DNA of 64,000 nt from an uncultured Anaerolineales bacterium. GTDB taxonomy: Bacteria > Chloroflexota > Anaerolineae > UBA7937. The position numbers and the translations under genes are program-made. The stretch covers positions 148,543 through 212,542 of the forward strand of contig CAYLIE010000001.1 in assembly GCA_964383935.1 (NCBI GenBank), written 5' to 3'. Positions 18,364-26,763 of this stretch are shown here, piece by piece; position 1 is the stretch's first letter; every line of letters starts with the position of its first letter. Below the pieces are notes generated by a model, which made no database searches, had not been told where the DNA came from, and worked only from the letters and a program-made list of their open reading frames with translations.

Positions 18364-18966
18364 ATGCGGCGGATCGGCGTTTTGGCTCTCCAAGGCTCTT
18401 TCGTCGAGCATATAGCCATCCTGAAGCGGCTGGGGGTGGAGCCCCCAGCCGTCAAATTGCCGAAAGATCTGATCGGCCTAGAGGGGTTGATTATCCCTGG
18501 AGGCGAGAGCACTACCATCGGCAAGTTAGCTGCTACCTATAAATTGATAGACGAGTTGAGGCGGTTGGCGGAAGATGGCTTGCCTATATGGGGTACCTGT
18601 GCAGGGATGATACTTCTGGCCAGAGAGATCGAGGGGGCTAACCAACCTCATCTTGGCCTTATGGATATAGCGATAGAGCGAAACGCCTTCGGGCGGCAGA
18701 TGGAGAGTTTCGAGGCAGATCTTGTGATCCCCGCTCTAGATATCGTTAGTTCCGAGGAGGAGAAGGGTAGGAGGTTTCATGCGGTCTTCATCCGTGCCCC
18801 CTCGATAAAAAGAGTGGGGGAAAGCGTAGAGGTCTTGGCCGCCCTGGATGAAGGGATCGTTGTGGCTGCGCGGCAAAGGAATCTCTTGGCTACGGCTTTC
18901 CATCCTGAATTGACTGAGGATACCCGTTTCCATCGCTACTTCCTCAACCTGGTCGAGTCTGGGTGA
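18364..18966 (+). CDS. pdxT: Pyridoxal 5-phosphate synthase glutaminase subunit PdxT
   Basis: MRRIGVLALQGSFVEH ... IIPGGESTTIGKL ... GTCAGMILLA. It abuts the pdxS stop. Confidence 0.9.
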   Translation: MRRIGVLALQGSFVEHIAILKRLGVEPPAVKLPKDLIGLEGLIIPGGESTTIGKLAATYKLIDELRRLAEDGLPIWGTCAGMILLAREIEGANQPHLGLMDIAIERNAFGRQMESFEADLVIPALDIVSSEEEKGRRFHAVFIRAPSIKRVGESVEVLAALDEGIVVAARQRNLLATAFHPELTEDTRFHRYFLNLVESG

Positions 18967-18996
18967 AAATGATGGCGGTCTAACGGGTTTTTACTT

Positions 18997-19944
18997 TTGG
19001 TGAAGATGTCATACGTAAGGTCTTTCGGTTTTCGGGATATACCACTCCTCAGGAGATTGGGAGGCCAGGGAACCCTCTTGGATGTAGAGAGCGTTATCTG
19101 GGGGGTTCATCGTCCCTTGGCCAAGGCTCTGGGCAATTATCTCACCTTCAACCGAAGGGGGGTATATACCTTCGTCTTAGATGGCGAAGGGTTTATCCAG
19201 GGGCGGGATCGGGTCTCTGGTTTGACGTGCGATATAGTATATATCGCCCCTTCTTGGGATGACTCTTCGGAGGGGACATGGTATCGCCTGTTGGAAGGTT
19301 TCTGCGTGGAGAAGGGGGAAGAGAGGGCAAGGCGCATATTCGTCAAATTGAGAGAGGGAGAGTCAGAGGAGGTGGAGGTCTTCCGGCAGGTCGGTTTTAG
19401 AGGATACGCCCGACGGCAGATCTTTCGATGGGATGAGATCCCTCCGCAGATGCTTGGTGCGGACAAGGGATCCTTACGACCCCGTCGGGCGGGGGATGAG
19501 TGGGGCCTGCAACGGCTTTATAGCAGCGTGACACCTCGGCCCGTGCAACAGGTGGAGAGGCCAGAGGATATCCCCCTCTATCCGATGATGAGAGAATATG
19601 TAGCCCAAGAAGAGGGGGAGATAATCGCCTACTTCTGCCTCATGCCCGGGAAAGAGGGGCATTGGATGAAGGCCGTGATCCACCCTCAAGCCGAAAAGAG
19701 GCTGGTTAGGAGTGGCTTGCGGTTGTTTTCGGCTTTTGAGGCCCGTCCTATCTATTGTGAAGCGAGGGGGTATGAGGAGGATCTTAGGAGCGCGTTGATG
19801 GAGATAGGGTTTGAAAATCTCTTCGAGGAGTTATTGATGGTGAAACATACTACGGCACGGGCAAAGGTGCCTGTAGCCCAGCCGGCTGTCAGCCTAGAGA
19901 CGAAGGCAGAGGGGGTGCCTACCGTCTCCAGCAGTAAGAGATAG
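18997..19944 (+). CDS. Hypothetical protein (315 aa)
   Basis: A long ORF with codon usage like its neighbours. No family recognised. Confidence 0.4.
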   Translation: MVKMSYVRSFGFRDIPLLRRLGGQGTLLDVESVIWGVHRPLAKALGNYLTFNRRGVYTFVLDGEGFIQGRDRVSGLTCDIVYIAPSWDDSSEGTWYRLLEGFCVEKGEERARRIFVKLREGESEEVEVFRQVGFRGYARRQIFRWDEIPPQMLGADKGSLRPRRAGDEWGLQRLYSSVTPRPVQQVERPEDIPLYPMMREYVAQEEGEIIAYFCLMPGKEGHWMKAVIHPQAEKRLVRSGLRLFSAFEARPIYCEARGYEEDLRSALMEIGFENLFEELLMVKHTTARAKVPVAQPAVSLETKAEGVPTVSSSKR

Positions 19945-19947
19945 AAG

Positions 19948-21468
19948 ATGTGGCAACAAGAGATCACCGATGATTTAGACCTTTTAGTGAGTGTGCTCCC
20001 GCCGAAACTGGCAGCCTCCCTGAAGGGGATGAACCGGGAGCAAGACCTCTTGGAGGTGGTCCTGGACTTGGGTAGGCTCCCGGAGGCCCGCTTCACGGAC
20101 CAGGAGGCCGGCCTCGACGATTCCGAGGTCGCAGAAGAGGAGATCGAGTACGTGGTCTCTCGCATCGGCGACTTCGGCGAGGACAACCGGGCAGGGATCG
20201 AGCGGACACTGCACCGCATATCGGCCATCCGCAACCGGAAGGGGAAGATCGTGGGGCTCACCTGCCGCGTGGGTCGGGCGGTCTACGGCACCATCGATAT
20301 AATCCGGGATATCGTGGAGTCGGGGAAGAGCATACTCCTTTTGGGACGACCAGGGGTAGGCAAGACCACCATGCTCCGGGAGGTGGCCCGGGTGCTGGGG
20401 GATGTGAAGCGGGTGGTGATCGTCGATACCTCTAACGAGATCGGAGGGGATGGTGATATCCCTCACCCGGCCATCGGAAAGGCCCGACGGATGCAAGTGA
20501 CCACCCCGGCCTTGCAACATGAGGTGATGATCGAGGCGGTGGAGAATCACATGCCGGAGGTGATCATCATCGATGAGATCGGTCGGGAACTAGAGGCCAC
20601 GGCTGCCCGAACCATCGCCGAGAGGGGGGTACAGTTGGTGGCCACTGCCCACGGAAATACCTTAGACAACCTGATGATGAACCCCACCCTGGCCGATCTG
20701 GTAGGGGGCATCCAAGCGGTGACCCTCTCCGATGAGGAGGCCCGCCGCCGGGGTACCCAGAAGACGGTTTTAGAGCGGCGAGCCCCACCTACTTTCGACG
20801 TGGTGGTGGAGATCCAGGATTTCTACCACTTGGCGGTGCGCCACGATGTGGCTGAGGCGGTGGATGCCATCCTGAGGGGAAGAGAGTTGCCGGTGGAGTT
20901 GCGCTATCGCGATGAGTCCGGCGAGGTACATACAGAGAAGGCCCTTCTCCCCAAGGAGGGGAGGGAGCCCTCCGCTCTTGAGCCGGAGGTGGCTAAACCG
21001 TTAGCCCCCTTACGGGTCTACCCCTACGGCATCAATCAGAACTACCTCCACCGAGCGAGCGAGGAACTGGATCTGCCCGTGGAGGTGGTGAAGCGATTGG
21101 GCCAGGCGGATATCATGCTCACTCTAAAGAGTTACTATCGCAAGCGGCCGCAGGCGGTCGTCGATGCCGAGAGACGGGGGATCCCGGTTTACGTCTTGCG
21201 GAGCAATACATTGCGCCAGATAAAGAGCAGTCTGGCCGAGGTCTTTGGGGTAGAGAAGAGGGTGGACCCCTTCGCTTTGGCCTTGCAGGAGACGCAGGAG
21301 GCGATAAGGGAGGTCCTAGCCGGTGCCCGGTCCGTGGAACTCTCTCCCCAGAACGCCTATATCCGCCGCAAGCAGCATGAGATGGCTAGGGAAGCGAACC
21401 TCCTCTCCCGTAGCCGGGGGAAGGAGCCTCGTCGGCGCGTGAAGATCTATCAGAACGAGGAAGGATAA
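19948..21468 (+). CDS. R3H-domain P-loop ATPase (Ycf45/SpoIIIAA-like)
   Basis: [17 protein letters not shown] is a Walker A motif and VIIIDEIG a Walker B. The protein is about 500 aa with a C-terminal nucleic-acid-binding-like region, as in Ycf45 proteins. Confidence 0.6.
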   Translation: MWQQEITDDLDLLVSVLPPKLAASLKGMNREQDLLEVVLDLGRLPEARFTDQEAGLDDSEVAEEEIEYVVSRIGDFGEDNRAGIERTLHRISAIRNRKGKIVGLTCRVGRAVYGTIDIIRDIVESGKSILLLGRPGVGKTTMLREVARVLGDVKRVVIVDTSNEIGGDGDIPHPAIGKARRMQVTTPALQHEVMIEAVENHMPEVIIIDEIGRELEATAARTIAERGVQLVATAHGNTLDNLMMNPTLADLVGGIQAVTLSDEEARRRGTQKTVLERRAPPTFDVVVEIQDFYHLAVRHDVAEAVDAILRGRELPVELRYRDESGEVHTEKALLPKEGREPSALEPEVAKPLAPLRVYPYGINQNYLHRASEELDLPVEVVKRLGQADIMLTLKSYYRKRPQAVVDAERRGIPVYVLRSNTLRQIKSSLAEVFGVEKRVDPFALALQETQEAIREVLAGARSVELSPQNAYIRRKQHEMAREANLLSRSRGKEPRRRVKIYQNEEG

Positions 21469-21476
21469 ATCTCTCC

Positions 21477-22130
21477 ATGAAGCGAACCCCTCCCCGCTCA
21501 GGCGTTCTCCTCGCCTTCGAAGGGATAGACCAGTCGGGGAAAAAGACCCTCTCCGCCCTGTTGATGGAGCGGCTGAGGGAAGTCGGCATCCAGGGAGAGA
21601 GGATCTCTTTCCCCGATTACACCACGCCCATCGGTAGGGAACTCAAGTTCTACTTAGCGGGAAAGAGGGACTATCCACCCCAAACCCGCCATCTCCTCTT
21701 CGCCGCCAACCGATGGGAGCGGAAGAGGGATATAGAGTCTTGGCTCCGAGAGGGAAAGGTGGTCTCGGCTAATAGATATGTCGCCTCCGGGGTGGCTTAC
21801 GGGATGGCCCACGGTTTGGAGAAAGGTTGGCTGTGGAATTTGGAGGAGGGTTTACCGAAGCCAGATCAGACCTTCCTCATCGATATCCCTCCCCAGGTCT
21901 CTTTTGCTCGGAAGGCGAAAGAGCGGGACCTCTATGAGGAGCAGACAGATCTCTTAAAACGAGCCAGGGAATCCTATCTAGACCTGGCTTCGGAGGGCAA
22001 CTGGGCGGTCTTGGATGGGAGCAGGGAGGTAGAGAGTGTATTTGGCGACCTGTTCAGCAGGGTGATGGAGATCTTATCATCGAGGGGGTATAAGGGGGAG
22101 ATCACGCCGTCTGGTCGAATTCACCCATAG
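21477..22130 (+). CDS. tmk: Thymidylate kinase
   Basis: LLAFEGIDQSGKKT is the P-loop. The DR(Y/H)-like region and LID region are consistent with dTMP kinase. Confidence 0.7.
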   Translation: MKRTPPRSGVLLAFEGIDQSGKKTLSALLMERLREVGIQGERISFPDYTTPIGRELKFYLAGKRDYPPQTRHLLFAANRWERKRDIESWLREGKVVSANRYVASGVAYGMAHGLEKGWLWNLEEGLPKPDQTFLIDIPPQVSFARKAKERDLYEEQTDLLKRARESYLDLASEGNWAVLDGSREVESVFGDLFSRVMEILSSRGYKGEITPSGRIHP

Positions 22131-22464
22131 ACCCCTCTATCTCCTCAGGGCTCTCTCCCGCCTCCAGCCTATCTACCATCTCGTCGAACTCGGGGCCTAG
22201 ATCCTCTCCCATCTCTCGGCCCATCTTTCGCATCCAGCGGGCTAGGCTTCTGGGGTCGTTCTCGTCCAGGCCAGAGAGGCTTGAGGGGTCAGCGAGGCTC
22301 CCCAACCTGCTCTCTTCGGACCTCAAGATAGCCACCTTGGAGATGAGCCGCTTTAATTCCTGGCTACCGCAGGCGGTGCAGCGGGGAGGGCTCTCATCGG
22401 ATAGACTTCTGAGAAGGGAGATACGCCGGCCACAACTCTGGCATCTGTATTCGTAGATGGGCAT
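22102..22464 (-). CDS. FmdB-family zinc-ribbon protein
   Basis: MPIYEYRCQSCG ... PPRCTACGS is the CxxC..CxxC zinc-ribbon signature of the FmdB family. Confidence 0.65.
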   Translation of the reverse strand: MPIYEYRCQSCGRRISLLRSLSDESPPRCTACGSQELKRLISKVAILRSEESRLGSLADPSSLSGLDENDPRSLARWMRKMGREMGEDLGPEFDEMVDRLEAGESPEEIEGSMGEFDQTA

Positions 22465-22587
22465 CTTTCTAAATCCTATATTGAGGATGCACTATCTATT
22501 ATAGTCGGGACGAACTCGTAAATCAACCTTTACGTAAAGTATCCCTGCCCTTACAGGATCCCTGTGGGATGGGAAAGGAGGAAAGCA

Positions 22588-22893
22588 GTGACAGATCTTC
22601 TACATGTGGGCTTCGGAGCCAACGTCGTTGCCCAGCGGGTCCTGACTATCTGCGACCCAGATTCTGCTCCTCTCAAGCGGATGGTCCGGCGGGCCAAGGA
22701 GGAGGGCTCGGTTATCGATGTTACCTATGGCCGGAAGGTCAAGACGGTGATAGTCCTGGATACGGGACATATCGTCCTCGCGGCTCTGCAACCAGAGACT
22801 ATAGCCGGCCGGCTTCAGCGGGAGGCCTCACCCCGAGGGCCCAGACACGAGAATAGAAGGTCTCGTCCTGAAGGATTGGGGACTAAGGAGTAG
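22588..22893 (+). CDS. remA: DUF370/RemA-family regulator
   Basis: From the GTG at 22588, LLHVGFGANVVAQRVLTICDPDSAPLKRMVRRAKEEGSVIDVTYGRKVKTVIVLDTGHIVLAALQPETIAGRL matches RemA/YlzA. GGAAAGGAGG lies 7 nt upstream and gmk lies downstream, as in Firmicutes. Confidence 0.65.
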   Translation: MTDLLHVGFGANVVAQRVLTICDPDSAPLKRMVRRAKEEGSVIDVTYGRKVKTVIVLDTGHIVLAALQPETIAGRLQREASPRGPRHENRRSRPEGLGTKE

Positions 22894-22900
22894 AGGAAAG

Positions 22901-23539
22901 ATGGCAAAGGTTACAGGCTTCGACAAGGAACTCCTCTCCTACTTCGAGAGTCCCCCTCTCCTCATCGTCCTCTCTGGCCCTTCGGGGGTGGGGAAGGATT
23001 CGGTGCGGAAGCGGATGGAGGAACTGGGTTGTCCTGTCCATTTCGTGGTCACGGCCACCGACCGTCCCCGCCGAGAAGAGGAGATCGATGGGGTGGATTA
23101 CCATTTTCTCTCCACGGGGGAGTTCGAGAGGATGATAGAAGAGGGAAAGTTTCTGGAGCACGCTATTGTCTATGGTCAATACAAGGGGATCCCCAAGGAG
23201 AGTGTACGACAGGCCCTGGCGCAGGGCGAGGATGTCCTTTTGCGGATCGACGTCCAAGGGGCCAGGACCATAAGGGAGATCGCTCCAGAGGCGTTACTGA
23301 TCTTCCTTTCCGCCTCCTCTATGAGGGAGTTGACAAAGCGGCTTAGGGAACGGAAGACGGAGAGCGCGGAGGAGATGATGGAGAGGGTGGCTACCGTGCA
23401 GAGGGAGATGAGGTATCTTCCAGAGTTCGACTATGTGGCCCTCAATCGCGAAGGCAGGCTCGACGAGGCGGTGGAGGAGATCATGGCCATCATCCGCGCC
23501 GAGAAGTGTCGCGTCCATCCCCGCCGCGTCTCTATTTAG
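22901..23539 (+). CDS. gmk: Guanylate kinase
   Basis: LIVLSGPSGVGKDS P-loop ... TATDRPRREEEIDGVDYHF. Confidence 0.85.
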   Translation: MAKVTGFDKELLSYFESPPLLIVLSGPSGVGKDSVRKRMEELGCPVHFVVTATDRPRREEEIDGVDYHFLSTGEFERMIEEGKFLEHAIVYGQYKGIPKESVRQALAQGEDVLLRIDVQGARTIREIAPEALLIFLSASSMRELTKRLRERKTESAEEMMERVATVQREMRYLPEFDYVALNREGRLDEAVEEIMAIIRAEKCRVHPRRVSI

Positions 23540-23553
23540 GGAGGGGTTGTGTT

Positions 23554-24375
23554 ATGGCTAAAGATGTGCGCCGTTCGACTATCGCTGGCTCCTGGTACCC
23601 TGGGAGCCCGGAGAGGCTAGGAGAGACGGTAGATAGGTTCCTAACCAACGCCGGACCTGGCCAGATCAAAGGAGAACTGGTAGGTCTTATCGCCCCTCAC
23701 GCCGGCTATCAATATTCGGGTCAGGTAGCGGCCTACGCCTACGTTGAGTTGCAGGATAGGGAATACGAGAAGGTCGCTCTCTTGGCCCCCAGCCACCGGG
23801 TCTATGTGGGGGAGTTCGCGGTCACCAGTTACGCTTACTACGAGACGCCCCTAGGCTTAGTGCCCGTGGATGGCGACCTGGTGGCCCAGTTGGAGGTGCA
23901 AATCCCTCTGAACAAGACCGACGAGAACCTGGAACACTCGCTGGAGATCCAACTCCCCTTCTTGCAACGGACGCTAGGGGAGTTTTCTTTACTTCCCATC
24001 CTCATGGGCGGCCAGTCCTGGTCTTCTTGCCAGGTGTTGAGCCAGGGGTTGGCCCAGGTTCTCCCCGGCCAGAACGCCCTTTTGGTGGCTTCCACCGACC
24101 TCTCCCATTTCTACGATTACCGCACCGCCGTTGAATTGGACAAGAAGGCCTTAGCCCGGATAGAGGCTTTCGACCCCGAGGGGCTATCTCAGGACCTTGA
24201 AGCCCAGAGGTGCGAGGCATGCGGTGGGGGGCCGGTGATGACTATGATGCTGGCGGCTCGCGCCCTGGGGGCGGACAAGGCCAAGGTCCTAGAGTACAAG
24301 AACTCCGGTGATGTGACCGGGGATAAATACCGAGTAGTGGGCTATGCCGCGGGGGTGGTGTATAAGACAAAATAA
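23554..24375 (+). CDS. MEMO1-family protein (AmmeMemoRadiSam system protein B)
   Basis: GSWYPGS ... IAPHAGYQYSG ... SHRVY ... DLSHF ... VVGYAAGVVY. The internal ATG at 23554 is preceded by GGGAGGGG. Confidence 0.7.
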   Translation: MAKDVRRSTIAGSWYPGSPERLGETVDRFLTNAGPGQIKGELVGLIAPHAGYQYSGQVAAYAYVELQDREYEKVALLAPSHRVYVGEFAVTSYAYYETPLGLVPVDGDLVAQLEVQIPLNKTDENLEHSLEIQLPFLQRTLGEFSLLPILMGGQSWSSCQVLSQGLAQVLPGQNALLVASTDLSHFYDYRTAVELDKKALARIEAFDPEGLSQDLEAQRCEACGGGPVMTMMLAARALGADKAKVLEYKNSGDVTGDKYRVVGYAAGVVYKTK

Positions 24376-24442
24376 TAGTAGATAGAGATCAAAGAAAAGT
24401 TAAGCGATCCTGAGTCTAGATCTCCATGAAAGGGAGGAAAAG

Positions 24443-24742
24443 GTGAATATCTATGTAGGCAATTTGTCCCGAGATGTCACCGAGGAGGATTTGCGAGAGG
24501 CGTTTGAAGCCTTCGGGCAGGTCGCATCGGTCAACATCATCAAGGACAGGTTCAGCGGTGAATCGAGGGGGTTCGGGTTTGTGGAGATGCCACAAAAGGC
24601 TGAAGCCCAAGCCGCCATTGCCGACTTGAACGGCAAGGATTTGAAGGGCCAAGCGCTAAATGTGAACGAGGCTCGCCCTCGTAGGGAAGGACGAAGAGAT
24701 AGAGGAGGCGGAGGCAGGGGCGGCGGTCGGCGCTCCTGGTAA
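24443..24742 (+). CDS. RRM-type glycine-rich RNA-binding protein
   Basis: IYVGNLS is the RNP-2 motif and RGFGFVEM the RNP-1 motif, followed by an RGG-rich tail. GTG start after GGGAGGAAAAG. Confidence 0.8.
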   Translation: MNIYVGNLSRDVTEEDLREAFEAFGQVASVNIIKDRFSGESRGFGFVEMPQKAEAQAAIADLNGKDLKGQALNVNEARPRREGRRDRGGGGRGGGRRSW

Positions 24743-24781
24743 GCGGTTAGCAAGGGAGTCGAAGAGTAGGGTTCGCCTATA

Positions 24782-24840
24782 GGGGCTTTGCGGCTTGCAT
24801 CATAGTCACTGCCGCGGCATTGGAGCGAAGCCGCAAAGCC
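24782..24840. repeat. Long near-perfect hairpin (about 16-bp stem)
   Basis: GGGCTTTGCGGCTTGC ... GCGAAGCCGCAAAGCCC form an inverted repeat around a 26-nt loop. Confidence 0.45.
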
Positions 24841-24855
24841 CTGCGGGCGGAGTGA

Positions 24856-24912
24856 TGGGGATAAGTTCCGGGTAGTGGGCTACGCCGCCGCGGCGCTATA
24901 TCGGGCAAGTTA
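24856..24912 (+). repeat. Decayed duplicate of the 3-prime end of the MEMO1-family gene
   Basis: The reading GDKFRVVGYAAAALYRAS-stop compares with the original GDKYRVVGYAAGVVYKTK-stop at 24318-24375. Nucleotide identity is about 75% over 48 nt. Confidence 0.5.
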
Positions 24913-25019
24913 ACAAGTGGGGCGGAGTTAGAGAAGAAATTTGAGCTCGCAATCCAAGTCCTATATACTATAGAGGAGGACGTCATTGTTTGCGCTTAGA
25001 GATGAGGAGGCTTGCTACA

Positions 25020-25766
25020 ATGGCCAGAAGATATAAGAACTCTCCAATAGTTGAGGCCCTATGCGAGTTTCAATTTGAGCCTGGTCTTCCTTGGGATCTG
25101 ACTATTCCTGGTCTGGTTTATGAGGAAATAAGCGACGAGTTTCCTAAGAAACGGCAGGCCAAGCAACTTCAAGTCGAGTTGTCAGCAACGGTCGACGAAG
25201 GAATTACCCAGAAAGTGGCTGCGTCTGACCGGATGCAATTCTTGCGAGAGGATGAGAAGGCTTTGGTACAAGTGGGGCCGAATCTGCTAGTCATTAACCA
25301 CCTAAAGCCATATCCGACATGGGATAAGTTCTTGCCCCTGATCAAGAAGGGCTTTGAGGTCTACCGTAGAGTGGTAGGCCCAGAGGGGATGCGTCGCATT
25401 GGCTTGCGCTACATTAACCGCATCGAGATTGCAGGTCAGCGCGTGGAATTGGAAGACTATTTCGACTTTCGACCTTTCGTTGGGGACAAGTTACCTCAAG
25501 ACTTCGGTCAATTCATTGTGGGTATCCAAGTCCCCTATGAGGATTTGAGAGATGTGCTAAGAATCCAGCTTGCAAGCGCGAGAGTTGACATTCCTGATAC
25601 GGTTGCGATCATGCTCGATCTTGACTACTTTATGGCCCAGCCTGGACAGGTGGCGCTAGACAAAGTCATCGATTGGGTGAAAGTTGCCCATGATCGTGTC
25701 GAAGTGGCCTTTGAAGGCTGTATCACCGACCAACTGAGGCAGATCTTCGAGGAGGTAAAAGCATAG
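25020..25766 (+). CDS. Hypothetical protein, TIGR04255-like (N-terminal YKNSPIVEALCEFQF motif); low-GC cassette gene 1
   Basis: MARRYKNSPIVEALCEFQFEP resembles the conserved N-terminus of the TIGR04255 family of unknown function. GC is about 47% against about 60% in flanking genes. Confidence 0.4.
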   Translation: MARRYKNSPIVEALCEFQFEPGLPWDLTIPGLVYEEISDEFPKKRQAKQLQVELSATVDEGITQKVAASDRMQFLREDEKALVQVGPNLLVINHLKPYPTWDKFLPLIKKGFEVYRRVVGPEGMRRIGLRYINRIEIAGQRVELEDYFDFRPFVGDKLPQDFGQFIVGIQVPYEDLRDVLRIQLASARVDIPDTVAIMLDLDYFMAQPGQVALDKVIDWVKVAHDRVEVAFEGCITDQLRQIFEEVKA

Positions 25767-26303
25767 ATGCCGTACTCTGCAAGTGTTGAAGGATCAACGA
25801 AAGGCCCGTTTCTACCTGCCGTATTTCCTCTACGCAAGGAAGCGCTCTGGGGACAGGAAATCGCGCGGGCTGAGGCCGATGTAGTAAGCGTACCAGGCTC
25901 TGTATCTCTGTCAGAACCTCTAGAGAGGGAACTAATTTGGCGAGAAAGCGGTGCGTCTATTGTCCGCTTTTGGGATCGCGAAGTCCAGATGCTTGAGGAA
26001 CTGTATGTTTTCAGGAAGCGGATGGAGGTGTTACGATTCCTTGATGTGCACCCTTTCCTCGTCCCACTATTGTTAGAGGCTTACGCCAAGATCGGGAAGT
26101 ATTTTGAGCCATACCACCAGGTCTTTCTTGAAGTCATCAGTGACCCAGAAGCGATCAACGATCGCCAACTGTTCGCTTTCATTGGGACACGCCTTTCGCC
26201 AGACGAGGCTCTCGATAGCCTTGAGCGCTTCGATGAGGAGTGGTGGCTGGACAGTCTGGACGAAGCGCAGGGCAAGCTGTGTATTGATGTGGAGTTTGTA
26301 TGA
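25767..26303 (+). CDS. Hypothetical protein (178 aa); low-GC cassette gene 2
   Basis: It starts 1 nt after the gene 1 stop and overlaps gene 3 by 4 nt (ATGA). No family recognised. Confidence 0.4.
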   Translation: MPYSASVEGSTKGPFLPAVFPLRKEALWGQEIARAEADVVSVPGSVSLSEPLERELIWRESGASIVRFWDREVQMLEELYVFRKRMEVLRFLDVHPFLVPLLLEAYAKIGKYFEPYHQVFLEVISDPEAINDRQLFAFIGTRLSPDEALDSLERFDEEWWLDSLDEAQGKLCIDVEFV

Positions 26304-26677
26304 GTTTTGACTGGACTGAGTATCTTGCTCTGGCACAGGATCTTGCAGGGCAACGAGTGACTCCCCCCACCGTGGAAGCCAAGTTGCGCTCTGCAATCAG
26401 TAGGGCTTACTACGCGGCCTTCTGCAAGGCGCGAAACCATTTGCGTGATAGAGAAGGCCATTTGATCCCCGATACTGGCAAAGCGCACGGAATCGTTTCA
26501 GACCTGTTCCAGCGTAGCCCTCATAGACCGCGAAAGAAGATAGGTGCAAATTTGAATCGCCTGCGGGAAAATCGAAGAAAAGCAGACTATGATGATTTCA
26601 TTAGAAACCTCCCCAATATCACTAGCAAGGCTTTAAGACAGAGCGAGCAAATAGTCACCGAATTGGGTAAGCTCTGA
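26300..26677 (+). CDS. Hypothetical HEPN-like small protein (125 aa); low-GC cassette gene 3
   Basis: The helix RSAISRAYYAAFCKARNHLRDREGH has an R-x4-H spacing, and a C-terminal RKADYDD follows. This is reminiscent of HEPN-fold proteins. Weak call from pattern only. Confidence 0.3.
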   Translation: MSFDWTEYLALAQDLAGQRVTPPTVEAKLRSAISRAYYAAFCKARNHLRDREGHLIPDTGKAHGIVSDLFQRSPHRPRKKIGANLNRLRENRRKADYDDFIRNLPNITSKALRQSEQIVTELGKL

Positions 26678-26763
26678 CCCTCCAATGTAAACATACCAAG
26701 AATCCTCCTTGCTGGCTACCTCTGTTACACACTTTAGGCTGGTGTTCCCTGCAGGACAGGAAA

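Noticed and set aside
22564-22600. The longer N-terminus (MGWERRKA...) for remA and the overlapping ORF 22569-22856
   Set aside because: RemA/DUF370 homology begins at the GTG at 22588, which has a canonical GGAAAGGAGG 7 nt upstream. The alternative-frame ORF is Gly/Arg-rich low complexity.
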